A stretch of 64,000 nucleotides of DNA from Schizochytrium sp. TIO01 (lineage: Eukaryota; Protista; Bigyra: Labyrinthulomycetes). Of this stretch, positions 22,713 through 36,100 are shown one piece after another. Numbering within the stretch: position 1 is the stretch's first letter; each line of letters starts with the position of its first letter. The notes beneath the pieces are model-generated. The model did not search any database. It was given only the letters and a program-made list of their open reading frames with translations, and was not told the DNA's origin. The stretch spans positions 2,332,436 to 2,396,435 of the forward strand of contig SMSO01000031.1 in NCBI GenBank assembly GCA_004764695.1. Reading direction: 5' to 3'. The position numbers and the translations under genes were made by a program.

Positions 22713-24869
22713 TCATGCAACTGACGTGAAATTTTCATCACTTCCTGCGCGTTCATGGATTTTCAGATGTCTCTTGAGCTCTGTCAGACATGCAAAGCTC
22801 TTGTCGCAGTTTTCAACATTGCACGGAAAAGGTTTATCCTTACAATGTACTCGGAGGACATGAAGTTTGCAGTCCGCCTGTCTCACAAATGACTTTGTAC
22901 AAGCTTCAACAGGACACTTCCATTTCTTATCGCCAGCGTGATGGTTTTTGATATGAAGATTAAGGCCTTCCGATGTCAAGTAGCTCTTTTTGCAGCCTGT
23001 AAAAGAACATGGGAAGGGATTCTTTGGTCTGCTGTGGATCTTTTCGTGACTACGTAAGCAGCCAATTGTAAAAAAACCTTTGTCACAAGACTTGCACTTG
23101 TACACGCGCCCAGCGTCCCCTAAATGAGTTCGTGCGTGCGTCTCCATTGTCCACTTCCATGCGAAACGGCGTGAGCATCCAGGATGCGTGCACGTGAAGC
23201 GCAAAGGTTTTCCAGAGCCCTTCTTCTGGATTTTGGACAAAAGCTTCTTGTCGTGATCACCGGCTTGAGCAGTAGACTCGCGAACGGCAGAGCTTGGTGT
23301 TCCGAGTTTATCACTATTGATGCGGGGACGCTTGGCCCCGGATAGACTTTCAAGCTGAAAGATAGGCAAATGTCCATTTGGGTGGGCATTATTATGACCA
23401 TTGTTGTTTCCGGTGAGTAGCTGACTTGGAAACCTACCAGTCTCAGCCTGTGCGAGTAGGCTGGATAAAGATCGCGTTGCCGAGCTAGCTGTTGAAGGAA
23501 TAGCAGTGCTGGGTTGGCAGTTTGATGTTCCGCCCATAGCTGATGGCATTGGTGCATCTCGTTGTAGAGATTTCTGCTTTGGTTGTGTTAGCGACTGTGG
23601 CTGGCGCTGCTGATGTTTTGCTTGCTGTTTAGGTTGTTGTGATTGTTTCTGTTTGTGTTGTGGTTGTGGTTGTGATTGCGGCTGCGGTGGTTGCGGTTGC
23701 GGTTGCTGTGGTTGTAATGGTTGACTAATTTGAATATTAGCTGGAAGAGGTTCTTCTCGCGTTAGACCACTCATATATTGAGACCGATTGTCATGATTGA
23801 TTTGATCAAACTTAACGCTTGTCATGGAAGGCGAGTTGGGAGTCAATTTGCCGGTTTGAGTGTCAGTTCCGGCTGACTGTCTGTTCTGATCTTGACCCAA
23901 AGCATGCGCAGCAGGTGAGTAACCAAGCATACTTCCTAAAGCAAGTGAGGGATGATCTTGTTGCGATGTAGAAGGTCGTTGTTGTTGGACTTGTTGTTGC
24001 TGCTGCTGTTGTTGATACATTTGCTGAGCATGCTGTTGTGATTGGGTATGACGTTGATCTGCCTGCATAGGAGCTTGGAAAAGATGCGGTGGAGGGAGTC
24101 CAGGGTTCGGCTGGAATGGGTACATACTACCATTTGCAGTCATGCCATTAGTACTGCCAGGGTTGCCCGCTTTCATCGCTTGAGTTGTTGGGGCCGATTC
24201 ATAGCCCATAGGAGGTCCAGGACGACCAATTTGATGAGGATGCAGAGGCCAAGCAGATGGATGAGCAAAGGTCATAGTTGATGGCGAGGCCGGCCAGCCT
24301 AATGATGCATAAGTTGCTGCAGTGTGCTGTCCATTGTGTGCAATACCAGGAGCTGTATTGGGCGCTGCAGCGTGGTTATGTGCTTGTCTTGAAGCACCCG
24401 TCGAGGCAAACAATTGCTGTTGTTGTTGCTGCTGCTGCTGCTGCTGTTGCTGCTGTTGCTGCGGATGTGGTTGTAGTATATTGGACGTTTGTATCTGAGG
24501 AACTTGATGTTGCAGAAGTTGTTGAGGAGTCTGTTGATGTGGTTGATAAGGATGCGTACCATATGGGAATCCGAACGTTCGCGCACGTGGCCCATTCAAT
24601 ATTGAGTAGTCTGTGTTATCTAAAGGCGGCTTTGCTGAGCTTGAATCTAAGTGAGTTGTGTTGAGACGGTTCGCAGTGGCTGTTGGAGTTGTGAGATTAT
24701 TGTTGTTGATTGGTCTTCGGTCTCTTTCGTCTTCTGAATCACTGTCATCACTCTGATCCGCATATGAATCTCTTGGCGTAGCAGCGGGTCTTCGCGCATT
24801 TTGTCCTCGTTTGGCCTGGGCCAGCCCCGCAAAGAATGCGCGAAGTTCTTCCTGAGCTTCTTGCTGCAT
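22713..24869 (-). CDS. C2H2 zinc-finger transcription factor (five C-terminal fingers, Q/P-rich N-terminal region), 718 aa
   Basis: Five C-x2/4-C-x12-H-x3/4-H fingers (CTHPGC..HARTH, CKSC..HEKIH, CSFTGC..HIKNHH, CPVEAC..HVLRVH, CNVENC..HLKIH) and polyQ tracts. Confidence 0.9.
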   Translation of the reverse strand: MQQEAQEELRAFFAGLAQAKRGQNARRPAATPRDSYADQSDDSDSEDERDRRPINNNNLTTPTATANRLNTTHLDSSSAKPPLDNTDYSILNGPRARTFGFPYGTHPYQPHQQTPQQLLQHQVPQIQTSNILQPHPQQQQQQQQQQQQQQQQLFASTGASRQAHNHAAAPNTAPGIAHNGQHTAATYASLGWPASPSTMTFAHPSAWPLHPHQIGRPGPPMGYESAPTTQAMKAGNPGSTNGMTANGSMYPFQPNPGLPPPHLFQAPMQADQRHTQSQQHAQQMYQQQQQQQQVQQQRPSTSQQDHPSLALGSMLGYSPAAHALGQDQNRQSAGTDTQTGKLTPNSPSMTSVKFDQINHDNRSQYMSGLTREEPLPANIQISQPLQPQQPQPQPPQPQSQPQPQHKQKQSQQPKQQAKHQQRQPQSLTQPKQKSLQRDAPMPSAMGGTSNCQPSTAIPSTASSATRSLSSLLAQAETGRFPSQLLTGNNNGHNNAHPNGHLPIFQLESLSGAKRPRINSDKLGTPSSAVRESTAQAGDHDKKLLSKIQKKGSGKPLRFTCTHPGCSRRFAWKWTMETHARTHLGDAGRVYKCKSCDKGFFTIGCLRSHEKIHSRPKNPFPCSFTGCKKSYLTSEGLNLHIKNHHAGDKKWKCPVEACTKSFVRQADCKLHVLRVHCKDKPFPCNVENCDKSFACLTELKRHLKIHERAGSDENFTSVA

Positions 24870-26236
24870 AGTTCAAGCGGATAAAATATACACACTGATA
24901 GCACAATTCCCCAGAAATGTCAACGAAGCGTTTCTGGTTCCCGCTGATTCCACTGCAGAAATACGTTTTTGTTGTTCACCGTTTTGACTTTTATTTCCAA
25001 GTCTCGAATTCTTGAAATCTCGCTGCTCTTTGTAGATGTCTGTGGTACTTTCAGGACGCCAAACAGAATTAAGAGTCTCGAAAGCAGTTAAAGTCGGCTC
25101 CCTTGCGCAATGTTTAATAGTCCAAGGAACCTAACTAAGCTCCGAATCCCCCCTTTGCTGCTCGCAAAGTGCTTCCCCAGCCCAATGAGTAAATCTTGTT
25201 GTTCCCTTTACGCTATCCGAGTCACCCGATTGACCAAACTGACGGCGAACGAAACTCCAAGAGAGAGCACCAAGAAGAGAAGAAAAGAATACAAGTAGCC
25301 CAAAGTTGGGAGCAACTAGTCTCACTATGGCACCTCTTTCTCCGTCTGCGTGACTGATCGATCGCAAAGCCAAGTAAGACGCGCCGCTTGCAAGAGCCTC
25401 CGGTGCGGGAGTGCCACTAGCACCAGGTGGTTCTCTCGCTCCCTCGCCACCAACGGGTGCCCGAAGAGGGGTCGGATAAGGAGACGGAGTTGGGGTATGG
25501 AGAGAAGAGCACAGCAGAGCAGCGGCAGCTCTGATGTTCAAGGTCTCCTGCCTTCTTTTTTCCAATTTACAAAACAAAAGAAGAAGGAGAATGAAATAAA
25601 AATGATGTCTTTCTTTCGTTTCCTCTTACTTTCTTAGCTGTTCTTTCTCTTTTCTCGATGTTCCTTTCTACGTTCTTTTCCTTTCGTCTGCGGGATTCGA
25701 ATCGCTCGAATCGGCAGCGCTTGTTCACTCCTCGATGCTGTGGCCCTCCCTGTCTTGCCAGCTGGAACCCCAGGCCTTCCCAGCGCCTCTGTCTTCCCCT
25801 CACTTCCCTTCCGTGCGCCTCGCTAGCCGCGCGGCGCGAGGTTGATGAGCCGCGCGGCGCCAGGGGTGGTCCCTATCGCACCTTACGAACCGGGTCTGCT
25901 CCTCCCTCTTTCTTCTTCTCTGCTCTTGATTCAAAATTGGGAAAACAAATACCTATTCTATTAGTAGTAGTAGTAGTAGTACTGCTACCACTGCTTTCAT
26001 AAAATGAATAAATGCGATTGATCACTCAGAAGAAGAGAGGAAAAATGCTTTCATTTTAAAAGTTGTGGTTTTTCATTTTATCCATAGCACCTGTTACAAT
26101 GGTGGTCATAAGAATTCAAAAAGAAATAGTAATAAAATTATTTCTATTTTTATTTATTTTTGTTTATGTTGTAATCCCCTAATATTGAGATTGCCCAAAA
26201 GTTTTAGGTGAGTTTGCTCCTACTTTATAGAGATAG

Positions 26237-26269
<33 letters not shown>

Positions 26270-29200
26270 CCTTGTTAATCGTCTTCTCACGAAGATGACT
26301 TTTGAAATAACCTTTTAGGTACCTTAAAGCCGTAATTCTAGCAAGAATTCGAAACACGCAATTCATGGAGATGTCGAGCTTTCGTATAAGCTGATGGCGG
26401 AGCCTTCATTCTCGTTTCTGTGCTCCACTCTCTCCGAGCCTCAGGCGTCACTGATGTCTCGTTCTGCGTTCATGCATGCATTCATCCATCCATTCATGCA
26501 TTCATTCATTCATTCATTCATGCATGCATTCACTCATCGTCTCGTCCGAGACCAACTACGGCACCACTGCTACCTGGCTGCATAGCCATCCTCTAGCCAG
26601 TCGGTAAGAGAGCAGGAGCCCTCTCCTTTCTATCTTCTGTGAAAAGTCAACTCAATTTAAAAACCAAAAATCAAAGAAGAACAGTCACAGTCGATCAACT
26701 TTAATTCTTTCTTTTTACCATTTATTCTTTTTTCTTTTTTCCATCAATCATGCACTCGCTCATTCTGCTTAATCACGTTACCGTACCAACTGGACTACGG
26801 TAAGACGCAACTCAGAGGAAGCTTTCTCTTTCCTTCCTTCCTTCCTTACTTATTACTTCCTTACAGTTAGTTATCTTAAGTTGTAAAGTAAATAGGTATT
26901 TAAGTCCCTCAAGCGTCACGATGATGACTGCCTTCAAGGAGGGAGATAGATCTCAAGGTGGAGGCAGTCAGCTGCCTGCCTACCTGGCCAGCTGCCGAGT
27001 GGGCGAGGGTGTCTGCGTGCATTCTCGTGGTTTGTGACGCTCTTCAAGTCGTTTGCTCTTCGGTTTCTTGTCTTCAGAGCTCAATCCAGGGGTGAACTAT
27101 TTACTTCTGTTTTAACCAAAGTTCTTCATCAAAGAAAGAATCGTTTTTTTACTAAGAGTTCTGAATGATTGACTTGACTCAACTTGGCAGACGAAAGGAT
27201 GGAGTTGAGAGCTTGTGCCTTCACTTCCTTCGCCTGACAAGTTGTGGCCGTACGGGGCATACTTTGTAATCTTCAGCTCTCGAGGTTCTGGACTTCGGCT
27301 CAGCTTGATGGCCAGAATTCGTGTTCTTGCTCTTGCTTTACTCGAAAAACCGGCTATCGTTCCCATGAGTGGTTATTTTGAACAACTTGCTACTTGCTTT
27401 TTTTTTTTTAAAGAAAAGATTTTTTCTTTCGATCCTTTGCTGGTCTTTGTTGCAGCACTCTTTCTTAATTTGGGGCCGTGGCATGATCTCGAACCTGAAA
27501 GACTCGAACTCGAAACGCTCGTGCTTGTGGCAAGGCTTGGCCATGGTGACTTGAGAGAAGACCTCCATGAAAAAAGAAAGCATCGGCCAAAGTATTTATT
27601 TGTTCCAGAGAGAGCCCTCCCTGTAAACCTAGCGCAAGAACTGCTTTACTTTTGGGGAAAAACTAAGACGCCTGATCATAATAGCATAGGAATGTTGTCC
27701 AAATGATGTGGAGTGAACGAGTGATCCCAAACAAGTGATCAGGTGAAGTAAGTGGGTAGGTAGTTTTACCTAGCTACCTACCTACCTGCCTATGTAGTTG
27801 AGTTACCAGCAGAAGTGGACATAGGTGGAAAAAGAAGAACGGGGGAAGTTCAATTTTCAAGTCCTAAAGGCCGTACATAGTTTGCCGTTGTTTGATTCTC
27901 TGCGCAGAAGACCGCCGCAGGGAGCGAGAGAGACGAAGACAGAGATCGACCAAAGCTGCAAAAGAGAAGAGAAGCGAAGCGAAGAGAAGAGAAGAGATAG
28001 TTCTTGAAGAATATGACGGGCGCCAAAGTAGGTTAGACAAGCTTTTAATTGTTTTTGAATTGTTTTTAATTCATCTTTTCCTCCCAGCCCCTCCTGAGAG
28101 GGGCCTTCTACGGCTCTTTCTGCGGGGTAGAGGGGCTGAGGGGCAAGTTCTGGTTTAGAGGCCCGGACGGCAGCGGGATTCCCGAGCTAAGAGGGCGACG
28201 GACGAACGAGCTGTGGGGCACCTTTCATTGAACGAGTGGCGCTTGCTTTCTGGCTTATCTGCTATCCTTTTCTTTCTTTTCCTCCCCGGATCGATGTTTT
28301 GCTCTTTTTATATTGCTAGTGGTCTTGTTCGTCTCGTTTGTCGAAAGAAAATAGCTGCTGTGGCGCCCAATTTGTGTCACCTATTATATTCTGTTGAGTG
28401 ATGTATTTATTTAGTTTTGAAAATCGAAAACACTTTACAAAAAGAGAAATACTGGAGCTCTAAGCTGGTCTCGCTAGTTCGGAACATTGCTTTCTCATTA
28501 GTGTTGGCGCTGTTGCAGCTTGCAAGATTGCCTGCGTGGGTAGCAAATACTGAAGCTAGCAGGCCAGATATCACGCATCTGGAAAGGTGACGTGATGCTG
28601 GGAAAGAGTATGACCATGACGAAGCCTGCGTCAACTGCCCGGTCCGAAAAATTGACGACTTTGGCGTTCTCATGTCCATCATAGCCCCTCGAGCAATTCC
28701 CTAACACACCCGCTAGCATTTGATCATTCAACACAGCGAAGAAATATCTTCTCTTTCTTATGACCATTTAAATTCCCTTTGTCGAACAGCCAATGAGACC
28801 CAGGATTATCTAGCAATTGTATTGTTGCTAGCATCATATCTGGATGGGCATGTCTCGTAGTAGTGACTTGCACGTGGTTTAGCACATCGATACTTTCATT
28901 TAACTGACTTAGGACAAGTGTAGTACATAACAAAACTATTTGGAGACTTTTCATGAGGATACAGCCACTAAGGTCGCGAAATTTCAGATTCGTGAATTTA
29001 GGCTCTTAGGAGAAAATAGGGGTGTCACAATGCTGCGACCGATACTAAACCTTGCTCAGTGAGTCAGGTCGAAATCACGTCGGCAGTTCAACTGCTACTA
29101 GACCTCCTAGCCGTTGATATCAAGGCAGCCATGTATTCCCACCCTAGATTTGCTCTCATCTACCCAGTTCATGCAGTCAACCTTGGCTTCAGCATGGAGA

Positions 29201-32200
29201 CGTCGAGTAACGCTACCGTGGCAAACAGTCATGAAACTGGGTTTTCATAGGCCTAATTTAAGTGACAATTACACTGTCAGACTTATCCAGCATGCCCAAA
29301 GCTGCGGGTCTTTAGCAGATATTTGTTTCAAAGGCATATTACGACCAGGTCAACTAGAAGAGCTCTTGGATACCTGGGGTATCTGCTGAGAATAGCGACC
29401 GGGAAGCCAAATGGCTTGAAGAAAGAAGTTGTAGAATATGGTAGAGAAAATCTCAGATTGCAGCGCAGCAATCATGAGGTGATGCTTTGAAACAGTGGGC
29501 GCCATCCTCTTGAAGACGCCAAGTTACACAGAGTAGGAGTCTTTATTCACTACACTCCTTGTGAAGAGGAGAACAAGTTGAAAGGAAAAATATGCAGAGC
29601 TCGGGGTTTCAACACGCAATCCACCTTCAGTGTTTTGAGTTGTCAGTTTAACCTATTGCAGCGGCACTTCATTTTACTTCAGGGTTGACAGTATCTGTAA
29701 TGCTACCAAGTTGAGGCGGTGTTTTGGGCCTTCAAAGACCCTGCCATTGCACTAACCCGCCCACAGGAAGGAGCAGTGTAGCAAAGCTCTTAGGAAAGAT
29801 AAAAACTATAAGAATATAAGAATGCAGCAGTTTTTGCGATGCGATAATTCTTGGATAGCTTCACCCGGTTATCGTGATAAACCTTTAGCCGGAAATAAAT
29901 TATTCCGATGCTCAAAGTCGCAAATATTCATTTTGTGTGACTTGGTCACGCCTCTAAAATCGACATTCGAATTGACCTCTGCTCATCCTCCTTTAGAATA
30001 TAACCTTATTCCGCAGAAGAACTTTAGCTTTCTCACATTCATTTTCTAATCATATCTTTCAAGTTTGAGTAAAATACGTGCGAAAGGTACACATGAAGTG
30101 TTGAACAGAAATCTGCTTAGTGCAGAGAGTTCAAATTAAAGACAAGCACTTGGTAGGTGATTCTATGGATGCATCTTTATCATGGTGCCCCTTCAATATT
30201 TGAGTTATAAGAGTGGTATAACATAGTCGACACAATCCAGCAAAATTTGCTGGATGCTTGATTTAATCCTATCATGTTCAACATTAAAATTATCTGAAAT
30301 TAGATCTTTATTTGAAAACCCGGGGCTTCTATTCTTCTTGTTCACCCATTGCCATTATCACATTCTTACTAGCCAAAGGCAATCCTTTACAGTCTAGTAA
30401 CTAGAGTAGATACTCGCATCAAAATAGTCACGCATTGTCTTTGTTGGGCACGAGGTGCCAGTGTACTACTTTGTAATGTTTCATTTAAAAACAAACCTCT
30501 TGCAATCAGACATTATACTCTTTTATCCGCCGCATCACAGAACGAAAGGCTATATAAGAGATCCAGCAGGTTAAACTTTACAATTTAAAAGTCTTAAATT
30601 CAATGAAAAAACTCGAATGTAGTACTTTGCATACTCGTGTAAGTCAGTTATTGATGTGTGGGAATCATACATAAAATGACTTGTTCGTCAGGCAGTCTTA
30701 AGTTTCACTCGTGCGCCATTATTTATTGCCTAATAATCACGATACACTTCCGTGACCACACACTTAATGATGAAATCAGTTTGAACACCAAGCTCAATCG
30801 CGGACACTTTAATTCTTCATACGATTCTTCTTCGCATTAGTCTTTTCTAAAGTGCTAGATAAACACTCTTTTTGGCCCACAAACAATTATTACTTGAGTT
30901 TGCTTTTCAAAAACTCAACCAGAAGTTGAACAAAGCACCGCGTGATAGCTTTGGAGCTCTATAACATCATGATTAGTGACAATCCGATTAAAACGAAACA
31001 GAAATAGCGAATAAAATAAGATTTGGAACCCAGAATTGGTCAAAGAGAAGCAGGAAAAGAAAAGGCAAGACACTTTTCTCTCATCAATACTCAAACAGAT
31101 TCCTAGCCAAACGCTATCATTCAATTATATATCTCAGCGAAAGAGTCACTCCACTCGGCAGAGAGGTTTGGTTAACTCTAAAAATAACGAGTGGGGCAGC
31201 TACCCCCACCGAATAAAGGCGTACCTACTTCATTAAACAACAGTTGTTAAAATAAATAGTAATTTGCAAATAGGTGGTAATGAGTGATTGTTTTGGCTTT
31301 AGTTTTACCCAAGCTGCTAAAAGATTTTAACTATCGGCTTGAAGCGGGGCAAAGAAACTCCTACCATGGCCATAATCATGGCACTGTTCAAACATTGTAC
31401 CAGACAGACTCTCAAACGTATGTTCAATTTTCCTCTTACCTCCCGCCTCGGGCGGTCTCCGCAACTCAACTCCAACGTTTCAGGTTCTCAACTTCAAGTT
31501 AAGCTCCTCCAGGTATGCTGGAGAACAACGTCGTGTTGTAACTGCAAATACTCTTTTCGGAACTTGCGAAAGACCGGAGTCGAAGCAGCACACGCGCTGG
31601 TGAGCATGCTGTTTTCTTCTATGTGTCTAAAGTTAACCAGAGGCGTCACGTTGCTCATCGATTCTTGAAAACAAGCTCCCAAGCGAGCGCGACAATTTTC
31701 TTTACCTATTGCGAGATCCAAATAACTAGCTTGAGCCGGTAGTTTCCAGCTTCTCCTAGCTTAAATCCTGCCTGATCACCTGCTCCAACACTTATCGTGA
31801 TCTTCTACTCCATTCATTCATTCATTCATTCATTCATTCATTCAAGTTCCTAGCCGCTGCATGATTCGCCACTGCATGATGTCGCCCACGCCACCTCCTT
31901 TACACCCACTGTTGCGGATCCCCCTCCACACAGCCCCCCACTGTGGGCTTCCTTTATTCCCTTGCTGCTTCAGCTGGACGGCGTATCTCAAGTGCGCCAA
32001 ATCTCGCTCCTCTGCTCGCCTCGACGCTTGTTCTCGACCCATTGGGAGCGCTTACTGCCTGGGTACGTGCAGGCTTTGAGTTGAGTCAATTCTCTCCTGG
32101 AGAGCAACTCCTTAGAGTCTGCGCCTGGTCAGCAAAACTTCCCGTCGCCGGGTCTTCGTGCTGGCCAGTGAGCGAGTTATCGTGATTTCCTGTGGCACGG

Positions 32201-32394
32201 GCACTGCGCCTGGCCAGACTGCTACCCTCGCAGTAGCTACTGCTAGAGCTTTAGCCTGTGTTTTCGCCATGCGTGATGGAGTGCTCGTACGATTCCTTGT
32301 GCGTTGCGCGCCTCCATCGCCTGAGTTCATGGGCGCGAGTGTCTAGAGGCTGTTTCAGGTGGCTCTAGCGTTGGTATCATGGCGCATTTACTTG

Positions 32395-32425
<31 letters not shown>

Positions 32426-33199
32426 GGCACCATCGACTTTGTCTGGACGAGTCAGAACTAGCTTGGACGAATGCCGCTCGAGCTGATGGCGAGATTTTTC
32501 AGAATGCTGGCTAATCGAATGTACGCGACAGGTGGAAACGATGCTGAAGCTGATGGCGGAAAAGGTATTGTGAACTTTAGATTTCGAAAATTCAATCAGC
32601 CTGAGGTTCTTCCTTTGGGTGAAGGAAATGGCAATCCTCGAGATAGTTGAAGTCACTCGGCTGGTGAGTGGGCAGGGAGGGAAGTGTATAAGGTGACGAA
32701 GAAGGTTGGAAACGAAGTACTTTCCGGAATAGCTGCGAAGCATGTAGTTGTTTCTTTATGTGATAGGTCACCTGCTTTTACAATTTTTACTGGTTAGGTT
32801 AAATACTAGGAGGACTAGTCGCGGTCTCGACTTATACAAGTGACTATAGGGTGTGTACCTCCATATTCTTTATTTATTTGGAGGACCCCTGTGTGAGGAC
32901 ACTATGACTCAACGTACATTTTTCCTGCTCCAATTCAAGTTGTAGGTAATTCATGGCTACTAAGTAGTTAATCTTGCTAAATCAGGCGAGATCAAGCCCA
33001 AAGGGCGGCTCTAGGCCACTGCTTTGGCACCGCTTTGCGAGTTGCCAGATCTTCACGCTTCGGTGAAGTGGTTGGCATCGCCAAGGCTGATCCGGTACGG
33101 CTACTCAGCTACTTAAGTGTCCAAGGTCAGCCTTTTCCTGCGGTGCGTGTCCCTCAAACAAGGAGACATTACTTCTTGATAGCCATAGTCGTATGAACC

Positions 33200-36100
33200 A
33201 TGGAACCGAAGAAGGTTTTGCGGCAGACAAGTCGAGATGAAACAACATCCAATGGGGGTCCATCTGGATCATCATTGCCAAACAAGTCTCGCTTGAGGAC
33301 AAACGATGCTACGAATAGTCCAGCAATGCAGCGTTTACGCATTGCTGCTGATCCAAAGCTGCAGCGGCAGGCTGATCACTACGAAGAAGAAAAGGCTAGA
33401 CAATGGGAAGAAGAACAAAGGGAAGAAAAGCATCTTGCTCTTCAGGACAGTGCAAATGATGACAACGAGGCGCCTGCAAGCAGCACTAACCAACGATTGG
33501 TTGACAAACTTGTACCTGATTTGAGCTCGATTTTTAAAAAGGTGCAAGAAGCTGCAGGCCTTACCTTGAGTGAAATCCCAAGCGCCCTTTTTGATGCTGA
33601 GGATATTGAACTTGCTGTATGGGCTGCACTGGTCAACGACAGTTTCCTCAGGAAACTTGCTCGCAGTAACGAACGGCGAATGAGGGATGGTGTTCCAATC
33701 GGGTCACAGCTTCGTAGTGCTGCTTTGGATCATCGTCAAGGCGCTGTGAACCTGCTTGCTAACATGTACAATAATCAAAGTCACAAAAATACAAACCCTG
33801 ATGAGCCAGCTGTTGAGTCTGGGGATGACAGCACAGCAGATACTCACGATGCAGCCGCAGGAACAGCGATTCCTGCAGAGACCCCTGCAGCTCCAGCGCT
33901 TCCGAAAGCAGAAGAAAGGGTCCCATTTGATGGAATAAGGTCATTGATCATTCCACATGCCTATGATATTACGGACGCAGGTCTCTTATCACTTGCAAGA
34001 AGCTGTACAAATCTTCGTCGTCTGAATATTGCCAGGTGCATGAATATTACAGATGTTGCTGTACGCGCACTTGCAAAGCAGAACAAATACCTTGAGGAGG
34101 TTGACATATCACAATGTCCCCATGTACAAGGAGCAGGGCTTGTTACAATTGGCGAATGTTGCAATCGTCTTCGTATTTTACGACTACGGGAATGCCCTGC
34201 TTCAGAAGAATGGCTTTTGAAGCGTATTGCGACTGGCTTACCTGAGCTTCGGGAAATCGATCTTTCCCGCAGCGTCAAAGTCACAGACGATACGATTCGT
34301 ACCCTTGCTAGCCATTGTCGCAGTCTAGAGAAAGTTGTATTGGCCTATTGCCGAGAGCTCTCTGATGTTGCTGTACTAGCTCTATCTGAGTTTTGCCCTG
34401 GTCTTGAATACCTTGATCTGACACGGAACGCGCTGCGACACAAAATTACAGACGTCTGCCTTCTTTCCCTTGCGGAAAGGTGCCCGGCATTGAGCACTCT
34501 CCTGCTTGCCGGAAACGATTTCATCACAGACGTAGGCATAAGTTGGCTAGCTTCAGGTTGCCATGCTTTGGAAAAATTAACTTTGAACGGTTTATTTAAA
34601 GTATCAGATGCAGGCATGCGGGCTCTTGGAGACGGCTGTCCAGAGCTACATTGGCTTGACATATCGGGAATCAAGCAGGTTAGTGACGTAGGCATGCGCT
34701 ATCTTGCTGATGGGTGTAAACATTTGCATCGTCTGGAGTGCGCAAATGTCTATATGCTTACAGATGGAGTACAACGTGATTTTGGTATCGAAGGTCTCCA
34801 AGCGCTTGTTAGCAGCTGCAGAGAAATCCAATATCTTAATTTAACACAATGCTTTCAGGTTGGACCTCGAATTTTGCGTCTTCTTTCAGAAGGTATTGAT
34901 CCCTTGACAGAGCTCAAATCCCCAAAGCTAGGGCACGCTCTTCGTGTACTTTCGTTGCGTAATATGCCTCGCGTATCGGCTTCTGCACTTGAGCCGCTTC
35001 TTTCTGGTCAAGCAAGCACAACGTTGACCAAGCTAGATCTTGCTGGATGTGAAGGAATCAAAGATCGAGTAATGCGTATTATTGGACGTTACTGCCAAGC
35101 TTTAGAGGTTCTTAACGTTTCCAATTGTATGGAGATTTCAAGTCGTGGCGTGACTGCCATGTGTCGAGTCACGCCACCTGGTCGGCCCCTCAGGGAGCTT
35201 AATTTTGCAGGCTGTCGTCATATTGGAGATTTAGCTTTATTAGCCCTTTCTGAGGCAAGATATGACCCAGGACTGGAGAAATTGAACTTGCGTCAATGCG
35301 AATCCGTTTCAGAGACAGGGCTTGCCTGGCTTGCGGAGAAGATTCCATCACTTCTTGAGATCAATGTTTTTGGGTGTAATGCAGTTTCATACCGTGGGCT
35401 AGTTGCTCTGGCAGGCCACTGGCGTTATACTCATGTTCAGAAGGGAATTCAATTTCTAGGTATCGCTCCTGATGAGAAATGTAAAGATATGCGTTTCATT
35501 GATGAATACGGAAATGTCTGGAAAGCAGCAATCCTTATCCAAAATACGTATCGTGCTCGAGTAGCTCGGCGGGAGACTGCTCGGAGACGTGAAATACGGT
35601 TGATGCATTGGACTGCCCGCCGTCTTCAAGCATACTGGCGAGGAAGAGTTGCTCGCAGGTATGTTATTCTGAAACGTTTGCAAAGAAATCGAGAAATCGA
35701 AGCTGCTACAAGAATGCAGTCCATGTTTAGAGCTCGCCAGGCACGTAAGAGAGCTGCAATTGAAAGAGAGCGCGTATACAAAATCAAATGTGAGCAAGCT
35801 GCGATTCTGATTCAGAATCGATGGCGGAGTAAACTTGCTCGCGATTTACTACGAGCAGCTCGTCTTGCCCATGCAAAATATATGGAGAAGTGCAATTTGG
35901 CGGCAACTCGTATGCAGCAGATTTGGCGTGGACGTGCAGGTCGCAAACATTTCGCTTTTCTACGTGCCATGCGTCTCGCACGAATGGCAGAGGAAGAGGC
36001 AGCGGCTACAAAGGTACAGGCATTGCTGCGTGGACGTCGACAACGACGAAAAGCAGAGGAAAGAAAACGCTTAGAAGCCCTTGAGGAGGAGCGTCGCATT

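Noticed and set aside
26925-26970. ATGA-preceded hairpin TGACTGCCTTCA...TGGAGGCAGTCA as a second SECIS
   Set aside because: TGA pairs Watson-Crick with TCA rather than forming the GA/GA quartet, and there is no upstream selenoprotein ORF.
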